Shown: positions 55,677 through 64,000 of the stretch, one piece after another | Numbering within the stretch: the first letter of the stretch is position 1 | How the letters are laid out: each line of letters starts with the position of its first letter | DNA from: Camelus ferus | Taxonomy: Eukaryota | Reading direction: 5' to 3' | DNA length: 64,000 nt | Assembly: GCF_009834535.1 (NCBI RefSeq) | Contig: NC_045697.1 | Location: forward strand, 65,784,001 to 65,848,000 | Notes under the pieces: model-generated | Databases searched by the model: none | What the model was told of the DNA's origin: nothing | Seen by the model: the letters and a program-made list of their open reading frames with translations, nothing else | Made by a program: the position numbers and the translations under genes

Positions 55677-56444
55677 AAAAGAGTATTGTGTTGCTATTCA
55701 AATTCAATGTATTATGATTATACTGTTATAATTCCACTTAGGTATCAAGTACATACTAATTTTTTGAAGTTTTTATAACAAAGAAATTCCTACTTCTAAG
55801 GCAGAGTTTTAAATAAAACTTCTTTTCTAGAAGCTCTAATGCAGTTCCTCCAAGACAGAGCACCTGTGATGTATCTGAGCTGCGGGCTGACTTTCGTCGC
55901 GACCCCTAGAGAGATGTCTCAGTAGCTATATGTCGGGAGATGCTGGGGCCATTTGCCCACGGAAGGACGCAAAGACACTCCCCTGCCACCTAACAATGAT
56001 AATTTCACCCTGGTGGGGATGTGTCAGCACTTCGGCATTATTTTGAAAAGTATTGCTGCAGGATATTTTTGAAATACGAATCTATATCCTACTTTCCACA
56101 CTTTTCCCACCTTCTTTACTCCAAGCACAGAGCCAGACCCTTTGTGTTTCTTTGCAAAGTGTGAAGCAGGTGCTTTTTCTGCCTTTGGTACAGACTTAAG
56201 GTTTTCAGAGAGATAGCATTGGGAGATCTGGAGAGACAGAGATGCCAGGGAGTTACTTTGAGAGCATTAGGAAGGGAAGGGGACAAGAGTTTCCCAAAAA
56301 TACAAAAATGGGGAGAGGGGGGATGTTGAGGAGAGGGAGCCCTCAGTGACAGGGGCTCGGAGGAGGCTCTCTGGTGCAGGACCCCAATCTCTCCAAATAT
56401 TCCTGCTTCCAAGAGCAGAAACGGCAAAGCCTTTGGACTTGGCG

Positions 56445-56485
56445 GGGCCCCTGCCCTCAGGGCCCCTGCCCTCAGGGCCCCTGCC
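56445..56485. repeat. 15-bp tandem repeat GGGCCCCTGCCCTCA, 2.7 copies
   Basis: Read directly from the sequence. Confidence 0.9.
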
Positions 56486-58482
56486 TGGGACATGAGCATC
56501 TCCTTAGAAAACCAGTCTGGATCCATGAGTAGAGGAACCTCCTAGACTCCGTGACTGTTATTCTGGACCCAGGACCCCAGGACGATGGTGCAAACTCAGT
56601 TGGAGGGCACGTGTCGGGAGGTGCAGGAGAGCCCCAGTATTGACTGGTTGAACTCCCTGGGTCAAGTTTAACTCACATGTGAGTGTGTAGACCATATGCT
56701 GTGCACATGGTGTTGTGTACTCAGGCATCGGGTGCATCAAGAAACCTGCAGCAAATACTGTCCTCCTTAAACCACATTCAAGAAGCAGAACAGCCCTTAC
56801 ATAAGTTACCAACAACATAGAGTAAGTTTTGCTAGTTTAAATGGTTTGAAGCATTTCTATACCTTAGAGAATTCAGGCTTCCTCTACCTTCTCCAGTGCC
56901 ACCTCCTGCCGGCTGAATGGATGGCGGTGTAGATGAAGGAAGCTGGACCCTGGGTTTCCTCCTGCGGCAATCATTCATCAAGTGCTCTTTACTACCCAAG
57001 AATTGTGAGCTTACAAAGATGAATAACACCAGTTCCTGCATTTTATCCAAGAGTAGAGAAAAGGGAGAGAGACAGAGAGAAGCAGAAGTAGGAATTCACA
57101 TCTCAGCTCTTCCATTGATTATCTGTCAGATGTTGGGCAAACTGTCTGATGATCCTCAAACTCAGTTATCTCACCTGTTAAATAGTTTCTACAGTCAATG
57201 GAATCTATTCAGAGTTCTGACTCATGGTGGTGTCGTGCCTATGAGACAGCATTTGTGGGAGTATATTGTTCTAAATAAGTCATTGCAATTCAGTGTCTTA
57301 AGTGCTTCGGTATTGTATATAAGTGACTCTACATCGATTCCTTCAGTCAATACGTGTTCACTGAGCACTTACTATGGTACTAGATCTGACTGATAAAAGT
57401 CATGTAAATTCTCCAAGACTGCTTCCTTTGTAAAATGAGGGGTTTGGAACAGTTGAGCCCTGAAGTCCCTAAAAAACTGATCATGAGCTCAAGGGGAAAC
57501 TGCACAGAATGTCAACCCATTGTTCTTTCAGAAAAATATTTACATGACATTCGCAGAGACGTACTGGGGGGAGGGAGGGGGACAGAAACCAAAGAACAGA
57601 AAATATTCAATTGAGTCAAGTTACTATTTTCTTTTAAAATAAATAAAATTGTTGGAAGCTAGCTAATAACTAATTTTTTAATGGAATCATTTCACAATTC
57701 TAGTAGTAAAATACAGACTATAAGGTTATCTGGTAAACTTAATCAATAAAATAACCACTCATTATGACCTGGGTAGAGATGGTGTCTCAAGCATACTTTT
57801 ACTCTGTATGTAATTAAAAATTTATTTTAAAATTGGACCAAATTCAGTCAACTAATTTCTAATCAGTTACTATGTTTTGATTTTGTTTAAGAAGAAAATA
57901 TTTGACAAATTTCATAGGTATCTGTTGTCCCAAGTGGTTTCTGTAAACATGACTGTAATAATTTTCAGAGAGACACTAAGGAAATTTTATTTTAGTCAAC
58001 AAATAAATGGAAACATTGCTAAGTCTAGAACTTGTCAGTCTGAAAAGGCTAAATTTCTCTTAGATTTTGCATATTTTTAAAAATAAAAGCTGCTTGCATT
58101 TTCTGGTTTGGGGTTCATGCAAAGAGTACAGGTTAGTCAGACAACCTGGTATGCCAGACTTCAAGGTCATTGTACAGGTCAAAGAAAGCATCTCTGTAGA
58201 AAAGAAGGAAGAAGCAGAGAACAACTGTAACTATGGAAAAATAAGATTTCTAGCACCACTAAAATATATGCTCTGACAGTCGGTGTGACGTGGTGTCACA
58301 GCAGCGAGCCTGGGTACACAGGGAGGCCCTGTGTGTTGCTCCTTCAAACCCTATGGCTTCCCTGACCTTTATAAACAGGATGAGAACACTGTCTGACACT
58401 CTGCGTGCAGCCACTGCCGGGAAGCTGAAAAGTGTTACAACGTCTGAGATGCATCTGTGAATCTTACCGAATTTAGGATCCA

Positions 58483-58732
58483 GGGGGAGGTGGGTGGGAA
58501 GGGATAAACTGGGAGTTCGAGCTTTGCAGATACTGACTGGTATATATAAAACAGATAAACAGGTTTATACTGTATAGCACAGGGGAAAATATTCAATATC
58601 TTATAGTAGCTTACAGTGAAAAAGAATATGGAAATGAATATATGTATATCCATTTATGACCGAAGCATTGTGCTGTACACCAGAAATTGACACAACACTG
58701 TAAACTGACTATACCTCAATTAAAAAAAAAAA
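58483..58732 (+). mobile_element. 5'-truncated artiodactyl-type LINE-1 3' end
   Basis: Typical L1 3'UTR (GGGATAAACTGGGAGTT...CTGTATAGCACAGGG...GCTGTACACCAGAAATTGACACAACACTGTAAACTGACTATACCTCAAT) plus poly(A). TSD TTAGGATCCA at 58473-58482 and 58733-58742. Confidence 0.9.
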
Positions 58733-60705
58733 TTAGGATCCAATAATTTGGAAGCATCCAGTTTCTAGAAATATTATCTAACACTGAGGAAAGAAATAGG
58801 ATTAGTGTATGTTGATCAGAAAGATAAAACTACTTTGTTACTCTCCTCTGTGTATTTGTGTTATATTAAGGATTTGGTTTTTGTTTAAATAAAATGGCAG
58901 CATTAAACTTTCCTGGTAGCATTTAAGCAAGTATCGTGACTCCCCAGTCTTTCCTATTATCAAAGATATTTTTATGTTATTTATAGATTTTTGCATAAAT
59001 ATTCATAAATAGTAACCCAGATACATGGGGGAAAACTCAAGAGACAAGGTAGTTATAAAAGTTATCTTATTGTTATTCTCACTTTGTTAAAATTATCCTC
59101 TTATATTACTGTTAAAATTTTGCCTTTTATTAATATTTGAATAATTGAGTCATTTCAGAAATCATTTTTTCTCTTTCTTTTAAGCTGTGAGCATAGAGAC
59201 CAAAGTTAAAAGCAATTGTGGCAATGAGCTGGTTGATTTTGTTATCTAACCATGAAATATGTTGGAAAATGCTGAATGAATTCAGTGATATCACAAATTA
59301 TTTTCCTAGGAGTTAATAGGTAACGTCATTAGCACAAACACATAAATAGTACTTAATACGTTTACTTAAATGAATCTAATTTAGTTGAAAATATCAGCTG
59401 TTTGCTGGTCAAGTTGTTCCTACATCTATTATTCATTTAGAAACATTTTTAATTTATTATTCAGTTAGGAACTATTTTTCAATAGGTCTAGCAATATACA
59501 CACATGAGAATGAACTCATTTATACAGAAGTAAACAATATATCTAACTAACAGAGATTGGTTTTCTAAATCAAGAAAGCAAACCCAGTAATTACCAAATT
59601 TATAGTTAAGTTTGCTTTTCTAACTGTTTTGGTTTTATAAGTAAAAGGCTTCTTTTAGAGATTTGGGTAAAAATTGAGTTTAACTATTATTTGAACATCT
59701 CAAGGTGATAAGTTTGTGTATATGTAAACATAAACTAAACTGTTTTTCCTTATTTTCTGTTTTTTTTTTTATTTTCAGTTCCAAGTTCTAATTCAGTGAC
59801 ATAGTCCTCAAAGATTTGCCACTTAAAGTATAATATGTGAGTAAACAGAGATATTTTAAATAAAACATAACACTTTTATTAAGTTTTTTTAATTTGTGAA
59901 AATAGAAATACTGATATGGGATGTAAAATAATTAACTCCTTCTCTCTAAACTTCCTCTGACTAATAGAGATAGTGCCTTCTAACAGCAGTTTTTACAACA
60001 CTCAGCGATTTCTTCCAACCTCATAAACAAGTAAACAGAGTTACAGCATTGCGCTGGATCACGTCATTTTGTATCAGGACCACGCGCCACCGAAGATCTC
60101 AGATACGCTGATGCCATAAGGGCCGTGCAACAGAAACTAATTTAGAACTGCAGGGGGATTTAGTTAAACTAGCAAATATGCAAATGTTGGTAGACATAGC
60201 TCAGGTTAAATTACTCTTGTGGGCTCCATCCAGGATAAAAATCTCACCAAATGCCTACGTCGCAATTAAATTTCATTGTATGGATCCCTTTAAAATTATA
60301 TACATGGCTTATATTGCGTGTTTGCCCTTCTCTTGTGTATTTTGATGCTTTTTTGGAAAAAGAAAACTGAGCTCCTGGCCTGAATCTTTCTGGCTGTCGT
60401 ACAGGGGCTGTTTCAGATCCGTGTGCTGATGTTTCCGATTCCTGGGAAGTTTTCTTTGCCACAGGGCGTGCCCTGAAACACACATCAAAAGAACCAAGTT
60501 CTACAAAAGAAAAAAGAAACTCAAGTAGGCTTGAACATACAAAGAGAGGGAGAAAGAGATGAGAAAGGGGCCAGGCAGAGTGTTGAATACAAAATGAGTT
60601 CAACCAACCCCAGGAGCTCCTCATCACTTACATTTATCTTATCCTGGGAGAGCGGCGTCAAAACCAGCCCTGACATAAACCACCCACTGCCATTGACTTT
60701 GACTC

Positions 60706-60745
60706 TGTGTGTGTGTGTGTGTGTGTGCACGCGCGCGTGTGTGTG
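60706..60745. repeat. (TG)n/(CG)n alternating purine-pyrimidine repeat
   Basis: (TG)11 CA (CG)4 (TG)4, read directly from the sequence. Confidence 0.9.
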
Positions 60746-63059
60746 ATGTGTATTGTACATAAAAAGGAACAGATTTCATGAGGTATCACTGTTACCTTAC
60801 AAGAATTAAAAAGAAAACACGTTCAAACACAAATTACCAAAGTCCCAAGGAAAATACCTTTAGCACGGTTTTCACATAACTAATCTAAAATGTTTATATC
60901 GATATCTTCTAAATGTGTGTTGCTTTAACATCTTTGCCGCAGTATTTATATCCTACCTTCTGTCCTTGTTGTCATAAAGCATGTGAGATTTTCTGTTTCT
61001 ACTCAGAATATTTTGTACATGTTTAATATTTCAGGGGCAAAACACTTGTTTAAATCTCTGCAACAAGATAGATTCTGTAGGGTAAATTTTTTTAAAAAAA
61101 GCAATTAAAATGTAAATGCCCAAAAAACCGAAGGAATAAGGGAAATAGTTCCTGAGTCTATGCTAATTCCATCTTTGAAACTAATGCCCCCTAATTCTAA
61201 TTCTCAGTGTTCTTTAGAAGTATTTCCAATTGATAAATTCTTCTGACAAATTTTACTGTCCCACTGGAATTATGATCTTGAATGCACAAATTTTCTATAG
61301 ATAGAAAGTGTAATGTCAGATCTAACTTAACTTAGTCCTGGGATGAAATGATCTTTAAATTTTGGTATTTCAATGGTAAGTAAATTAACAGCAAATGGGA
61401 AGAGATTACCTTGCACACAAAAAAAAGAGGTGGGGGGAGAGGGAGAGAGAGAGAGACTGTGCTATCAAAAAGTCTTCTTACCAGCAAGATTTAGAAACAT
61501 TCTCTATGGGGCACATTTAGATATTCAGTACAAGTTTTGGTCATCAAGAATGACTATTAGAAAGAGTAGGTTCCAGACTGTTCCCTATGCATAAGAAGCT
61601 GTAACCTAATGTGCTGATACTGGTTTTCTAACACAGACCAGTTGAATAGTTGTGTGTGTCTACCAACATGATGTGATTTATTTTATTTTGTGTTCACTTG
61701 AGCCTTTTCTAATTTCTGCTTTACTGTGTCTGTGTGACTTTAGTGTCTCTAAATTGCTTGTACACTGTCTTTCTAATATAATAATTATCATGTGTTGCTT
61801 TTGTTTGTTGATATTCAACATAAAAACTAAACTTAAAAAAAAAGATATTTGCAAAAGGTCATAAGCACATGTAGGTGGGTGTGTCAGGTTTTCTTAGTGG
61901 ACTACGCCAAGCACGGCTCCAACAGCCTCGCTTGAACAAAGCATCTCAGTAACCGGCAGTCTGAGACGAAAAGGTAGAATTCCTGTGCCCTGTTTACATG
62001 TGGCGGAATATGCAGCCATGATTACAGTGATCATTTAAATTCATTCATTGATCTCTCCTCTGTTTCAGTTTTCTTCATTTTCTTAAGCAAATAAAACCAT
62101 TTGAAATTTCAAACAGTTTAGAGTTTGAGGCAATCGTGGGCTACTCAGACACACCAGTAATATTAAAATAAGAGCATATGATTCCCCTTTTGTTTCTGCA
62201 ATGAATTGTCCAGACAGACGGACCTGAGAGAGAGCTCAAGCAAGAGAGAGAAAAACAGAAGTGACAAAGAAAAATCAAACATGTGTTACAATTCTGAATT
62301 ATGATCATCCTGATCCAAGTTTTTTCTCTTTAAAATCAGCCCTTTCTCAAATATATCAGTCAAAGTTACTATTTGATTTTTCTGTGGTTGATTTTTTTCC
62401 TTTTTGCATAACTTGTATGTGATTAGCATTTAAACCACCACAGAGTGTAAACACAACAATGGAAAAAGCAGACAGAAGACTTTCCTAAAGATTAAAAATG
62501 AAGGCAACATAAAACACTAACCTACCACGTTGCATCCAGTCCCCAGGTGTTGGGTGTGATGTTCCCGGGCAAACAGTCCCTAAAGCCTCACTGAGGTGGT
62601 CTATGTGAACAGGAAGAAAAGCACATCACAGCCTCGGTATGGCCCTCAGAATACTGCAGGTCAAATAACTCACTCTGACTGCAGCCTTTATAAGCCTGAA
62701 GGGCAAGCTTGTGCACCACGATGCCCCTGGGCATGAAGGCATCCTTAGCAGCAGCGACTCGCCTTCAGGTCACATTTCAGGTGTGTCCCCACTAGGCATT
62801 TCCTGGCAAGGTGTCCTGTCCTCACAGAGGGAAGTCCTCTTCACATGACTGATGGGGCCATGTTTCAAACAATACACTAATAGACCATTTGGAAAACTGC
62901 CCATTTATTAAATCAAGATCCAAGCTGTTGGAAACATGTAGCTCTTTTCCAATGATATATTTCACCATCATCTTAAAATTCAGATATCCCAGTCCCATCT
63001 CTTTTCTTCTAATGTTTCTATCTGTCAAAAGAACAAACATCCATCTCTTCTCCAGAGGT

Positions 63060-63310
63060 GACTGGGGCTGAGAACATAATCTCTGCGGCAGGACGGACCT
63101 CGTTCTGCTCCTGACTCTGCTCCTTACTAACAGTGTGACTTTGAACAAATGCCTAAACCTGTCTGATCTATTTCCTTCTTGGTAGAACGGAGATGGTAAT
63201 AGTTTCCATCTCATAGAATTGCTGTAGGTGATAAATGAGATTGAAGTAGAGACTAAACTAACGTGCCTGGTAGAACCTATAATAATCATCCAATAAATGT
63301 TGCTATTGTG
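63060..63310 (+). mobile_element. MIR SINE
   Basis: CTCTGCTCCTTACTAACAGTGTGACTTTGAACAA...CTAAACCTGTCTG...GGAGATGGTAATAGT...TCATAGAATTG...CAATAAATGTTGCTATT. Confidence 0.75.
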
Positions 63311-64000
63311 AGACTTAAAAAATAACCTTTCACTTATACTTCTTGCTCCTTCTGGTCAGCCAGCTTCAGAGACCTACCCTCTTGGCATTTGTGCCTTTTC
63401 CCCTTACATTTTTAGAGCTTTTGTTCTAGACCCTTACCTCCTTGTAACTAGACTGCTTTAACAATCATTTCAATGGATCCCCTGGTCCAGTTTTACTTCA
63501 ATCCAACCTGTATATTGCTGACAACTTGATTTATCATAAATAATGTTTTCTGCCCACTTCTGTTAAAAATCTTTGTTGATTTCCTCTTTCCTAATCCTCT
63601 GCCTGGTTTTCAAGAGCCCACTACACATTCCAATTCTGCTCATTATTCCCTGATGCAACATTTAGTTCTGTGTAGACAATTTTCTGCCATCTAATGTTTT
63701 CATTGATTCCCTCACATATTCAAAAAAGATTTTATGGGGAGCCTACCATGGATCCAATGCTAAGGATAAAAAGATATTAGTTTCCAAGGACAGGAATATA
63801 AATAAAATATTCTCCCTGCCATCAATTAGATTATCAAAGACAACAAACAATTAAGCAACTCATTATAATATACCAGGTAAGAACTCTAAAGTATAGAAGA
63901 ATTAGGAAAAAAAACACCTTAACTGCTATATAGCATTCCGTCCTTGGGTGGGAAAGCCTCAAGATATATTAGAATTAAATGATTACAGTGTAACAAAGTA

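Noticed and set aside
42036..56485. CRISPR-like or other prokaryotic repeat arrays
   Set aside because: The short repeats at 42036 and 56445 are head-to-tail duplications without spacers, and the DNA is mammalian.
56917..57393. 158-aa ORF (and the 155-aa ORF at 62822-63289)
   Set aside because: Both overlap MIR/L2 remnants and show no domain or coding signature.
35500..64000. ATOH1 coding sequence or CpG island
   Set aside because: No bHLH ORF or CpG island is seen; by synteny it should lie beyond the window.

Overview
Mammalian genomic DNA, very probably from a camelid, judged from three camelid-type (Vic-1-like) tRNA-derived SINE copies. The window holds the 3' end of GRID2 (glutamate receptor delta-2, GluD2) on the + strand. 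It starts with about 30 kb of a large intron, followed by the penultimate coding exon (30146-30386: end of S2, M4 and the proximal C-tail), a 2.6-kb last intron and the terminal exon. The terminal exon has CDS 33011-33433 ending in the PDZ ligand -GTSI, and a 3'UTR of about 2 kb with several AATAAA signals. The remaining ~28 kb is intergenic; in human and mouse it leads towards ATOH1, which is not in this window. The rest is interspersed repeats (three solo LTRs, MaLR, L1, L2, MIR and hAT elements) and microsatellites. Nearly all other ORFs in the track look spurious. I found no convincing undescribed biological system. The best leads are candidate GRID2 isoform features (a 24-nt in-frame microexon candidate, and a read-through stop after a weak donor), a composite CTCF/Atoh1-type E-box site downstream, and a ~1-kb TSD-bounded LTR. 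Repeat family names come from recognition of consensus-like sequence, not from a database search.
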